From Phoronis australis (Eukaryota; Animalia; Phoronida): a stretch of 64,000 nucleotides of DNA. Numbering within the stretch: position 1 is the first letter of the stretch; every line of letters begins with the position of its first letter. Made by a program: the position numbers and the translations under genes. Positions 38,666 to 50,537 of this stretch are shown here, piece after piece. Below the pieces are notes generated by a model. That model was not told the DNA's origin. It worked only from the letters and a program-made list of their open reading frames with translations, and did not search any database. The stretch lies in assembly GCA_002633005.1 (NCBI GenBank), contig NMRA01000027.1, forward strand, positions 595,265-659,264, written 5' to 3'.

Positions 38666-38735
38666 ATGCTGTACAAGAACATGAATTCTGCAGTTTCCAC
38701 TATTCTCCAGGGACAAACTCGAATACCTGCACAAG
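38666..38735 (+). CDS. ECH1: ECH1 exon 1 (MLYKNMNSAVSTILQGQTRIPAQ)
   Basis: In-frame ATGs at 38666 and 38681, AAG|gttagt donor, phase 1 matches exon 2. Confidence 0.7.
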
Positions 38736-41700
38736 GTTAGTATGCCTCATATAAAACTGGAAAAATTGCCAAGATAAATGACGGTCCTGAACCAGCCAAC
38801 TAAGGTTTCTGATGTATGGAATGACTGCCACCATCAGTCGTTGCCCAGGTTGTCCAGGCTAGCCAGAGGCAGAGAGACCTGGGCCTGGGCCGCCTGGGTT
38901 ATGTTTCTAATCAGTCTAATCTGCTTATTTTACTCTAAGTTGCCGAAATCGAACTGGAATTTGTTTTAACATTTTACATTTTACTTTGTGCAAAAGAAAC
39001 TTCTTTATACATTCTTGTTAACATCTGGATTTCTGTTGATTGGAACTAGTCATGGGTTTTGTTTTTGGCATAATAAAACTCTGACAGAATTCTTACTTTA
39101 TTTTGCTATGAATTTTCTTAATCTTAATGTTAGTGGAGAAATTTGAAAAAAAAATTCACTTTTCAGCCATATCGTGTGATAAATAAGTGAAAAATTACCG
39201 TCATATGGTAAGTCCTGTTTCTAGGCTTACTAAGCTTGACTAGATGGGTAAATAAATTGAGTTACTTTACCAGATGCCGAGATGGTAATTTTTAAGTTTG
39301 ATTAAAATTGACTTTAATCATATTTATTGCAAATTTCTTCTTTCAGTGTTTTCTATTGGGGTCAGGATGATGAGCTCTGTGAAAGAGGTCAAGTTTGAAA
39401 CAATAGAAGTGAGCCGACCGCGAGAGTTTGTTGCTGAAGTGAAGCTGAACCGTCCTGCCAAATTGAACTCTATGACTAGAGCATTCTGGGCGTAAGTCTG
39501 GAAAGCTCAATTGAATTTATTTAGTACAGACTAGGCAATGCTGCTGGTACTATTTTAGTCACATCCAAGCTATGTTCAACAGTGGCAGTGTGTGGTAAAA
39601 TCTCAATAGTTTAAGACACATGAATTTTTATTATATATGTTTATCCACTCATGCATTGATGTAGCTGTGGTGTAGAATTTAAAACCAATCAATGTGGTGA
39701 TGCTACATATACTTTATTGAAAACTTTAAAAAACAAAATTTCATTTGTCTGACATGTTTTCCTAGTTTGGTGAGACTTTCCTAGAGATGATTAAATAAGT
39801 TTTAGTTCAAATTTAAGCTACTAAAAATAACGCCCAAAATAGTTGAATTGCTTGTTTCTAAAACTTGGTGTAAGCACCGATCTTGTCGGAGTAAAATAAT
39901 AAAATTTTCAATGTCACAATATGAAGTATTTTTACTGTTCTTCATGGGATATTTATTACCTATCCAACTTGTTTCAGAAGATGAATTAGGTGAATTATTT
40001 GTTTTGAGGAACATCAGCCTTTTGTAAAGGTCACTTTTGCGCAGTCTCACTTTTTATGCGCCCACTTTCTGGGAGTCCATCTCAGGTGTCTGGCGTCTGC
40101 AGTTGTGTCTCCTAAATCCCTCACAGAATCTTGATGAGATTTGGCAGATGTGTTTCTATGAAGCTGACAACGGAAGACGAATTTCGAATCTCTCTGACTA
40201 CCGGTGTGCCCCCTAGTGGCAATTTTACCTCTATCTTCGGAGGTCCTAAAAAGATTTTCTTAAAATTTGGCAGTTAGGCATCTATTAGTGAGATGATGCC
40301 ATCCTCCTGTTTTCGGACTGATTTGAGGTACTTTGCACCTCTTAGTGGCCATTTTTACCGTTTTCGAGTCTGTGTTTTGGCATTTGCCCTTCCATCAACC
40401 AAACCGCTCTAGGGATGATTTTGAAAATTGCCATTATGTAACTGTGAAAGGGCGGCTGACTACTACTGTGGCGCCTCCTAGTGGCAATTTTGTTTGTTCT
40501 TGCGCCCGTGGCTGTATTTCCTAAACACTCTATAGAATATTTATTCGTTGAATTTTGGTGGTGTATTTATATTAAGTTAACAACAGAGAACAATGGCTTT
40601 CAGACCGATCAGACTACCATTGTGCCCCCTTGTGACATTTTAGTTTTTTACATTTACCTCAGTCTGTATCTTCAAAGGTCGTCAACAGATTTTCATAAAA
40701 TTTGGCAGATGGGCATCTATTAGTGAGGAGATGCGATCATCTGGTTTTCGGTTGAATTTGAGACATTTTGTGCCACACTGTGGTCATTTTTACTGTTTTC
40801 GACCAAACCACCCGAAGGATAATTGTGGAAATTGGCATGTATGTTCTTAATGTAAAGAGGAAGGATGACGACGATTTTCCAATGACCTCGACTACTGTGG
40901 CGCCTCTTAGTGGCAGTTTGTTTACACCAGTGGCCGTATCTCCTGAACCCTCTGCAGCATCTTTGAATTTTGCTGGTGTATTTATATGAAGTTAACAATA
41001 GAGGATGGTGACTTTCGGATGAATCGGACTACCATGGTGCCCCCTAGTTCCAATTTTAGTTTTTTATGTTTACCTCTGTATCTTCAAAGGTCGTCAACGG
41101 ATTGTCATAAAATTTGGCAAATGAAGCATCTATTAGTGAGTTGATGATATCCTTCGGTTTTTGGTTTGATTCGTGGTATTTTGCGCCACCTCTTGGTCAT
41201 TTTTTTACTGTTTTCGAGTCCTATTATTTAGCGTCTGCTCCTCTGTCAACCAAACCACTATAAGGATGGTTGTGGAAATTGGCATGCATGTTCCTAATGT
41301 GAAGAGGAAGTCTGTTGATGATTTTCCAACGACTTCACCTACTGTGACGCCTCTTAGTAGCAGTTTTGTTTTTTCGCCTATAGCCTCCTAGTGGCAATTT
41401 TTTGTTTTCCTCGGTTTCTCAGAAGTTCATTGATGGATTTTTTGAAAATTGGTAAATAGCTTTCAAATTGATGAAACATAGAAGTTTTCAGATGGATTCA
41501 ATGTATTTTGCGCCATCTAGTGGCCATTTTCGTGTTCCAAATAAAGACCCCTAGAAGCACACCGTTTGTTGTGTATTTGTGGGCGCATTTCAACACTCTG
41601 CATTACTCTTGTTTCAAAATCTTATATGGTGAGGCCCGAGCATAACTCGTGACTGAGCAGCAGAACCCAAGTCATGTTCTCATTGTTCATTATTCCAGTG

Positions 41701-44700
41701 AGTTTCCAGTCTGCTTTGATGCTTTGTCTGCTGATGAAGACTGTCGTGTCGTCATAGTAACAGCTGCTGGAAAACACTTTACAGCAGGTTTGTTTTAGAT
41801 CAGTAGTAAGTTCGTTATTTATTGTAAGATTGCGAGTTGTTGTCATAAATCATTTTTCTCTGCTAGTCTTTTCTGTAGTTTTCAATAATTCACCTTAGTG
41901 GTCAATTTTAACATTTTGTGGTTTCCAAGTTTCCACAAAATGTGACTGTTATAAGCTGTGGTGCTTGGGTTGCATTCAGTGGTTTTTTGTGGTGCGTAAA
42001 TAACACAAGCAATGTTCAATTTCAAACCTTTTGTGTATGTTTCGAATACCATTAGCCTCATAACTCAGCTCACAGCAAGGAAGTTAAAGGCTTTTATACC
42101 TGTGGGATTCAAATGAGCAAGTTGAAACGCACTGTTTACTCATAACATAATGTGTTCCGACCAATTCTTTCTGATTGATTGCCATAGCATTGTTTTCTTT
42201 CTAAGTTTTTCTGATAGACTCCTTTTTCTGTCAGTAGTTTGTGCAAAAGACATGAGGTACACAACATTTTTGCATCATTACTTTCATTGTTGTTCAGACA
42301 CGTAGTTGCCCACAATTTCTATGTTTGTAAATATTAGGGGTTTAACCCTTGTCTTTTTCAAGGCTTGGACTTGCAAGATGCCATGGAGACGGGTATTGGC
42401 TCGACAGCTGAGGATGTGGGACGACAAGCTATGAAGCTCAAGAAACTCATTGCTTCTTACCAAAACACATTCACATCGATAGAGAGGGTAATGCCGTTTT
42501 ATGTTCACTTGGCAATTTGGCCGATTTCATCTGTGGCGTTGCCATCATTTTTCAAATGCATTGTGGGTCGGTTGTCAGCTGGTAAATATCCACTGACGTC
42601 ATAGATAACTCGGTGACGTGTAAACTGTGTGACCAAAAACAACGCTTTCCACTTGAACAGAAACCACAGATCTACTGGAACTTGCTGTTTAGCGCGAGTA
42701 CGACAAAAAGAGATTGAATGGAAACCTCAAAATGCATTGAGCAAGCCCATAGATTGGCAAATGTTTTGCGTGACAGATTTTCGATGATCCAATCACCGTG
42801 ATCTTACCATCTATAAACCAAGTTACTTGTCCACAAGTTATTTGTGATGTCACTGCATGTTTACGAGCTTCCAATTCTCCCACGATGCACTTAAACAGAA
42901 CAACTGATCTATATCTTTTATTTAGACCAATTGCTTTTATAAAACCGAGTCAGAACAAATATTTCTGAAAATTAATTAAATGTCACTTGAGAAAAAATGA
43001 AGACTGTGGGAATATTCATATAACCGCAAGTTACTGAGAAAATTTCTATAAATTATTTCTGGACTTGGATATGAAGACAGTTAGTTAGCTAAACTCTGTT
43101 CAGCAATTGGGAAGTGGGAGCAGGCATATATACAGCGTCCGTCCTGGGCGTCCAAATGGACTCCTTAGCACTAATCTGGATGCCCTGGCTAGGATGCCCA
43201 ATGTAACATTTGGATGCCCACTGTCAATAAGAACCTTTCAAGTTTGGACTCACACATTGTCATGAATACTAGGAAGCCTCTGAAGGCTCACAGTGGGGGC
43301 TCTTTTTTCAAAGCAAGAAGAATTATACAATGTATATACAAAGTATATACAATGTTGCTATGCTCACACTTGGTTGGTAGCATTGTAAAGTCTTGGTCTA
43401 CATTTTTTTAGTAAAAATGCTCACTACAGAAGGCTGTTTTGTAAACTTAAATGTAAAAACCTTGGTCTATGCATTTTTTGTAAAAAAAATGTGTGTGTCT
43501 GGGGGGATTGCTGGGGGTGGGGGGTTTCACGTCAGAATCATGGATGCCCTGGAATATTGGGAACCCCATTTTGAACACCCTATTTTCAAAATCCTGGATA
43601 AAGGCCTGAGTGGGAGCGTCAGACCAAGTTTCTGTCTTAAGTCACTTTTCATGAAATAGCTCTCAGAAACCACTTCTGACTTGTGTAAGAAACAAGTCCC
43701 AGTTTATAAATTAAAAGATAGCTTTTTATTAGGTGTTACATGGCAGCTTTAAAATCTCACCAGTCAGTGACACAATATGGAGTACAGGTGGTGGTTGTCA
43801 TAGTCTGTGAATAGCTTATCAAATTAAGAGAGGGTAACCTCTCTACGTATTTGCACAACACTGAATAATAAGGGATCGTTCGAAATAAGTAGAATTGCTG
43901 AAAATTACGGTCGATTTTCCTAAGGAATAGAAAGTTAAGAACTCGTCAGAAATCAACTTGTGAATTATCAGAAAGACTGAGCTTTTGGCACTGATTTGCA
44001 TTTGAAAGTGTTTCGTCAGCAAATGTGTTGAAATTTAGCTAAAAATGGCATTTTGTTCGTATTGTTTTACACCTCGGTCACGTATAGCTACTGGTGTGTT
44101 AAGCACACCATAATGTACAATAGAAACTATTGTATTCTGAAAGTAAATCAGTTATTGTGTTTTAATTGAAAACTAAATGTTGCTGACTACATTCCTATGT
44201 GTTGGCCTCTCCAACCTGTCCAACTCAGTCCATGACAGTTTCATTGTAGTTGTATGTTACTTCAGACACGAAAGTGAATAACAGTTGATGTGCAAAATTT
44301 CAGAAGTAGGTCAGCGTTCTCAAATTGTAGAACAGATACTGTAAGTCTCACATCTTTTGAAGTCCTGTCACGTTTCAACAAATAATGTATTCACTGTTCA
44401 TTTCCGCCCTATTGAAAGTAAATATGTGCGTGCATGTGTGTATATTCTAAATCTTTAATGTTAATGGATGCTTGAAAATTATTAATCATGTGGCGCCAAT
44501 TTTTGTAAAATGTTCATCTTGCTTTGGCATGCATTTCTAAAAATAATCCTGAACTGCAAGTAACCTAAGCTTGTGTTTGGACTCTTATGTTCCTTCTATC
44601 AATATGCAAGGGACACATTCTCTGTTCATTTTCAAGTTATTAAAGTTATTAAAGTATACAGTCGTGTGTGCGGGTGTGTGTATATATTCTGAATCATCGG

Positions 44701-47700
44701 TGACTGAAAAAAAATTTAATTCATGCCTGAAAATTTATCATCACTTTTCCACCAATTTTTGTGAATATTTTCGTCTTGCTTTGGCATGCATTTCTAGAAA
44801 TAATCCTAAACTGCAGTCAACCTAAGCTTGTGTTTGGACTCTTCTATACCTAACATCATTATGCGTAAGACTGTGTCGTAGATTTTCGATTTACTCTTTA
44901 ACAACAGATGTCTCTCCTTTTTAAAGCAATTTCCCTCGGTCTTCATTTTGATGGCCAACATCTCTTTAACTTGTCACTGAAACAAAATAAAAAATCTGAG
45001 ACCCAGTTCCATCTGCTATAGACAATGAAGTAATTGTGCAAAATTTCATGGGAAGTGACCCTCACACTAACGGGAAATCGATGCTCAAAACTACTAACAG
45101 AATTCAAAATTAAAAGCTTTGGAAATGATCTATAAAGGTTTGCCACATAATTACAATTGATTGAAGTCGTCGTAAACAATTTGCATATTCGGCACATGGA
45201 TAATGCATTGAAATAAATGTCATAAGTAGCAATGAAAAATAAAGATGTAATTTTATAGAACACGTGACCATTATAAAATGTGGGAAAGAACCCTGTGGAC
45301 AGAGTGGGAACTGTAGAAAGAGAGAAAAAGAACCCTGTGGACAGAGTGGGAACTTAGTAAGCATTTTTTTTTAAAAGAGGGAAAGAACCCTGTCTACAAT
45401 GTCACATTCGAGCCACCTGCCCCAGCCCGTTTCATCAAGATGTTTAGATAGGATCGGACATTTTACGAACATTTGCTGGACTTTTGCTGACTGCATCGGC
45501 TTCATTACTGATATCTGATGTCAATTATTTCAGTGTAGGAAGCCTGTGCTGGCTGCTATACATGGTGCTTGTGTTGGAGGAGGAGTTGACCTAATTACAG
45601 CCTGCGATATCAGATATGGCACGTCAGATGCATTTATTCAAGTGAAAGTAAGAGGCATGGCTAACTATTTTAGTTTACCATCCAACCACATGAGTGCGCT
45701 GTTGTTTTTCACCTCTGCAACATATCTTGTTCTTACTTAACATCCTGAATGTTTTAGAACTGATTGAAGTGCATTTCCTGTGTACTTATAATTGCAGTAC
45801 AATTTCAATAATTTGTTAATAAGCTTTCTAATCTGGGACAAGAAGGTTCGTAAAAAAACAAAAAGTTTTGTCAGTGGGAGGAAGGGGACATTTTTCTTTT
45901 TGGTGAAGTACTTTTTAGTTTAGAAATTAATATTTTTAGGTGGCCAATCATATGACTTGGTGTCCGGTGTTCAGAAATGAATATTGTTATTTTAATTTAA
46001 TTCTAAGTAAAAGCTTCTTTTAGTATCAATCAGTAACTAATTTTCTTACCTCAACCTTTACTTAGTGTCCTCCATTCTAACTCCTATATCAAAAAACAAG
46101 AGTTTATCAACTAGTAAAAGTATATATTTTCTGAAAGAAAAAAGATCAGGGATTTGCTAGACATATGTGAAATGCTGTATAAATGGCCAATTTTTGTGAA
46201 TAAGTTTTGAGATCTCCTCAATACGATTTAAAACTCCTGACTTGATGGTACTTATGATGATTAAAGATTATTTTTGCACAGACAAAATGTTTTACTTGTT
46301 GATTCCATTCCTTATGTCAGTTGTACTTCCTCAGAGTATACCTGTCCCCACTCCCCCCTCTCCCCCCCCCCTCCTCCCCCTAGAGTACCCCTTTCCAGGG
46401 TATATGGAGATGTGCTGAATTTCTTTTTTGTTTGTGTAATCATGTAAAATTTCAACTTTGGCTGTGGAGTTGTAGGGTTTTTTGTAAAAAGTTGGGAGAC
46501 AAACCTGGTGCTCCTGGGAGGGTAAATTTTATTGATGTAAAGACTCTGTCCAGCTATAAACTTGCTAATATCCTCAAGCACAGCCTTTTCCAGAATTAGA
46601 TTGATAGGATCCCTCAGTAGAAATGGTTCTCTCTTTGATCTCATCTGTCACCCTCATCACAAGCACAGTGCCATCTGCTGGCTTTTGTGCCTACTACGTT
46701 AAAGTTTCCTCAAAGTCGAACAAACAGAATTCATAAAATTGTCAAATCTTCATTTTTCAAAACCTCGCTGTATTATTAAAAATATTTGAAGTTATTGATG
46801 ACAGTTGTACAGTATAAATTGAAAATTATGAAGTAGAGTTTTCTTTCTTTTTATTGTTGTTTAAAATTTTCTTAAAATAATATTTCACAGTTCTATCATA
46901 GTGCGTTCAAAACTGAAGACAGTTTGCCATACCTACATTCTAGGAGGTGGATATTGGCCTGGCTGCAGATGTGGGCACACTTCAGAGACTTCCTAAAGTA
47001 TTGGGCAATGACAGTCTGTCTAGAGAACTGTGTTATACCGCCAGGAAGATGTTTGCCGATGAAGCTCTCTCTTGTGGCCTGTTTAGGTAAGTTTCCATCT
47101 ACAGACTGTCACATAGACACTAAGCTTTCCTATCAACTGGAAATGTACTTTATTAAATTGTAAATCGGAACATTACTTCGTAATCTTTACAAAACAGGTC
47201 ATGAGCTGTTGTCATAAAATATGTAAACGCAACTATCTGCATTATAATGATGCCCCAGTGCCTGCTTATACGCTTATTTTGACCTTTTCAATACGAGCTT
47301 CTTTAGTATTGCAATACTGCACAAGTCACTATTTCACTGCTACAGGGGGTTGTTATGTAATGTTGACTCAGGTGTTTTGTGCAATGGGCCCAACCATGAG
47401 GTTTGTGCACATCTGATGCACTGCAAATGACATCGGGCCACCTGCACTGTTTTTTTTAATGTTGACTAATCGTGTCATTAGAGATCATTTTTTTGGGTGG
47501 TTTCACTAGCACTGTGCAGATTATATTCGCCACCATGGCAGGTGTGCTAAAATAATTTAACATACGGTTTACACCAAAGTTGTCTGTTAACGGGGTCAGA
47601 GATTATATTTTGAAAATGACAGTTTTGGGAACAAAAGTCTATTAAAAGTACCCTTTCTGCATGTGTTTGACAGAACTAATTGTGTCACTCTCCATAAAAT

Positions 47701-49368
47701 ACTGTAACCGTTAGCACATTCAACACCTTCTGCTTTATGGTATAATATTATAGGAACCATTTGTTTAACTGATTGAAAATATTAAGGTTTTGATGCCCAT
47801 TTCTCTGTAAAACGTGATATAAGTGTAAAAGAATTCAACATGGAAAATTTTGATAGTTATGATAAGTTCGGTCATCATTTGCTTTGTTTACAAGTCAGTC
47901 AACATGCCACATTGTTGCTGCGTACCAGGATGTACTCATTATGGTCTCACTGACAGAGGAACAACTGTCCCACTTGCCCGAGTGTACTGCGACACTGTCC
48001 TACTAGATAGTGACCTGAGCAGACAAACTGCTAACATCCCGCCGTGTGACTCCTTCACCACACACCTGGCACCTTCTAAATAGCTCCAATACTTTAGACA
48101 AGTCCACAAGAAACTTATCAAAGTTTAGCTCACCGATCTGTTCATTGAATGACGAACTGTCCTCTTTACTGGGTGTCGAACTGGGCCCGTATTCATTCCC
48201 ACTACTCAACATCGCAGCAGGGATGCTTACAGGCTCTGTGGGATAATGAGTACATCCCAGTAGGCAGCAACAGTGTGACATGTTAACTGACTCGTAAACA
48301 AAATCAAACGACAACCGAACTTACCACAACCAAGGTAGAACAATGACTGACTAGACTGCTCTCACAGTCAGACTATATGAAAAGAAATTGGTGCAAAATT
48401 CTTGCCTTCCAAAACGTCACTTCCGGGGTAGAGAACAAATAATTAATTAAATTACGAAAAGCTGTAATTAAGTAAAAAATTTGTCTGGGATAATTAACGA
48501 ATCTTATTTTTGCTAAAAATGACAAAAAGAAAGGTTGCCTTTGCCTTTAAATTTGAAAGTCGGCATTATAAGAATGTTACTGAAGGATTGTCTAATTTCT
48601 CTTTGCTTTAGTCGTGTCTTCCAGTCCAGAGAAGAGATGTATGAGGCTGCATTAGAAACAGCATCTCTCATCGCAGCCAAAAGTCCCATAGCTGTCCAGT
48701 GTACTAAAGAAAGCCTTGTTTACTCCCGGGATCACTCCGTGGCTGAAGGACTGAGTCATGTGGTATGTGATGGGCAGGTTACCATACCTTCACAGTTTTT
48801 ACTAACATTAAGACCACATACCTATTATCATCACTGTCAAAGTCAGCATGACTGCCATTGTTACTACAATCATCGTTAACATTATCACCATTAGCATCTT
48901 CATCATCACCACCATGACCATTGTCACCGTCGTTGTCCTCCTCATGATCATAGTTATGGTCATCAACATCATCATAAACATCCCCATTTTCATCCTCATC
49001 ATTGTTCTTCGTTGTCGTCGTCATCGTCATCATCATCATGCATGTTATGTTTGTCTCTCACAAGATGGCACTGCTATTCTTTATTTCCAATTTACACAAA
49101 GAATCTTTTTGAATAATTGCTTCTCTTCTGTTTCAATGGCTGCAGAATGTTTACAATTTGGAAGAATAATCCAAAGCCTGATGAACGTTTTTTCTTAGGA
49201 AGTTTGAAAGAATATTTTTGAAGTTAAGATACAGGTAATGTATACTAACAATCCGTTCACGTTTTTATTCAGGGTCTCATAAATCAAGGAATGCTACAGA
49301 GCGAGGACATTGCTAAAGCCGCCATGGCATTCATGGCGAAGAAAACACCGACATTCTCCAAGTTATAA
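38666..49368 (+). CDS. ECH1: Delta(3,5)-Delta(2,4)-dienoyl-CoA isomerase (crotonase family), 8 exons, about 310 aa
   Basis: Exons 38666-38735, 39347-39491, 41699-41787, 42363-42487, 45534-45647, 46944-47086, 48612-48762 and 49273-49368 join in frame (933 nt). Motifs LNRPAKLNSM, FTAGLDL, KPVLAAIHGACVGGGVDLITACDIRY, QVKEVDIGLAADVGTLQRLP, SPIAVQ..K....SRDHSV and C-terminal FSKL. Confidence 0.95.
39347..39491 (+). CDS. ECH1: ECH1 exon 2
   Basis: tttcag / gtaagt; encodes FETIEV..EVKLNRPAKLNSMTRAFW. Confidence 0.92.
40051..41613 (+). mobile_element. Helentron-like (HINE) element with internal tandem repeats, in ECH1 intron 2
   Basis: T-run then ATGCGCCCAC (40056-40065), perfect inverse GTGGGCGCAT (41579-41588) about 25 bp before a CTCTTGTT end; repeated ~300-420-bp internal units. 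Confidence 0.68.
41699..41787 (+). CDS. ECH1: ECH1 exon 3
   Basis: ttccag / gtttgt; EFPVCFDALSADEDCRVVIVTAAGKHFTAG. Confidence 0.92.
42363..42487 (+). CDS. ECH1: ECH1 exon 4
   Basis: tttcaag / gtaatg; LDLQDAM..YQNTFTSIER. Confidence 0.92.
43121..43608. mobile_element. hAT-like MITE (488 bp)
   Basis: CAGGC..GCCTG imperfect TIRs and a perfect 8-bp TSD AGTGGGAG at 43113-43120 and 43609-43616. Confidence 0.88.
44426..44842. repeat. Diverged tandem duplication (period about 250 bp)
   Basis: GTGTGTATATTCT...GCTTTGGCATGCATTTCTA.AAATAATCCT...ACCTAAGCTTGTGTTTGGACTCTT occurs twice. Confidence 0.8.
45285..45393. repeat. Short direct repeats AAAGAACCCTGTGGACAGAGTGGGAACT x2 plus a partial copy
   Basis: Directly visible. 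Confidence 0.8.
45534..45647 (+). CDS. ECH1: ECH1 exon 5
   Basis: tttcag / gtaaga; CRKPVLAAIHGACVGGGVDLITACDIRY..QVK. Confidence 0.95.
46944..47086 (+). CDS. ECH1: ECH1 exon 6
   Basis: ttctag / gtaagt; EVDIGLAADVGTLQRLPKV..ELCYTARKM. Confidence 0.95.
47857..48546 (-). mobile_element. Internally deleted and rearranged Kolobok-like element in ECH1 intron 6
   Basis: 48245-48546 closely resembles 30660-30965 and ends GCCT|TTAA; THAP start MSHCCCLLGC fused to KFLVDLSKVLELFRRCQVCG..H..W (Kolobok-like zinc-finger region). Confidence 0.72.
48612..48762 (+). CDS. ECH1: ECH1 exon 7
   Basis: ctttag / gtatgt; RVFQSREEM..KSPIAVQCTKESLVYSRDHSVAEGL. Confidence 0.93.
48822..49042. repeat. Degenerate (CAT)n trinucleotide microsatellite
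   Basis: CAT/CAC/CGT triplets; source of the poly-M/D/I ORFs. Confidence 0.9.
49273..49368 (+). CDS. ECH1: ECH1 exon 8 (last coding exon)
   Basis: ttcag acceptor; GLINQGMLQSEDIAKAAMAFMAKKTPTFSKL*. Confidence 0.93.
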   Translation, partial: GLINQGMLQSEDIAKAAMAFMAKKTPTFSKL

Positions 49369-49779
49369 CGAGTATTTATGATGAGTGAGTGGAACCACAT
49401 CAAAGTGGGCATTGAGCCCAGGTCACAGTCAGACAGTATAATCAAAGTTACTGGGATTTCTTGATAAGTCAATCGTCAAATAAGGAATGCTGAATGATTT
49501 TCAGTCTCACTGTTTGGCTATTTGTGTGACGCAACTGCTGATGAAGGTGTCTGCACTGTTTTATCATGTTAGAAGGAGGACAGTATAATGCTGTGGTTTA
49601 ACCAGTGGACTCTCACTTGCAAGGCCTGGGTTCTCGTGTTCAAGTGATACTGTACTGACACTATCGGGGCCTGGGTACAAGTTCTCTCAGATACCCTGTT
49701 ATGTGTTAATAGGTGCACATACCGTGTATCCATGTGTATTTCATTCCACATAGTATATGTATGGGTATTTGGACCGCTG

Positions 49780-50537
49780 TACTCATAGTGTACCTAATTA
49801 TCGGATGGACCCTAAATATTGGACATTACATAAAATTTTACGTAAAATTTTACTTAAAGCATAATTTGAGAAATAAATGACACCAATTTTTGTTCCGCCG
49901 TAATGCATTCAAATGTCCGACACTGTCTCGTTTATTATAGCATTGCCTTGTTTTGATTTCATTAAGAGAGGGTGCAATTTAGACCCTCAAGTCGGCCTAT
50001 AATGAACGATCGTTTAAATCGGTTATAAAAGTTGAAAACAAAATCTTTTTCCACACTGAAATAATCCCAATGAACTGACAATATGTCACTGTTTCATGTT
50101 TTCATTTTGTTTTTAAACTCAAGTCGAACCCTGGCCACGCACATGCTTGCGTTATATCAAGAAGGCAAAGATTTTATTTTATGGATAATTTTGTTGCAAA
50201 CGTAGCTGTGTTCTGCAGCAAATATGTCAAAACACTCAAGCTGCAATTTGGTGACACTGTGTGTGCAGCCATTACTTGGTTAGTCAGTTTTCCGCGGTGT
50301 GGCGTATGGGGAAACATGGTTCCGATATTTAGGTTCTCCAAAGGTTTGCTACTTGTGATTTTTAAAGATCAGCCAGAACATAAATGTGGCTTTCTTTGAC
50401 AAGATCTAGTAACAGAACATTTCCGCAAAGGTTAGACTTTATTTCAGTAAAGAATTTGCAACAATCCGTAGTATTTTCAAATAAATATAAAATGCAAAAT
50501 TTGTCAAAACATCCAAAAATTAGGTCACTTGACTATA
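49780..50537. mobile_element. Possible old TIR MITE downstream of the ECH1 stop
   Basis: AGTGTACCTAATTATCGGATG at left and CATCCAAAAATTAGGTCACT at right are imperfect inverted repeats. Confidence 0.4.

Noticed and set aside
48779-49198. Asp-, Met- and Ile-rich ORFs
   Set aside because: Translations of a degenerate (CAT)n microsatellite in ECH1 intron 7.
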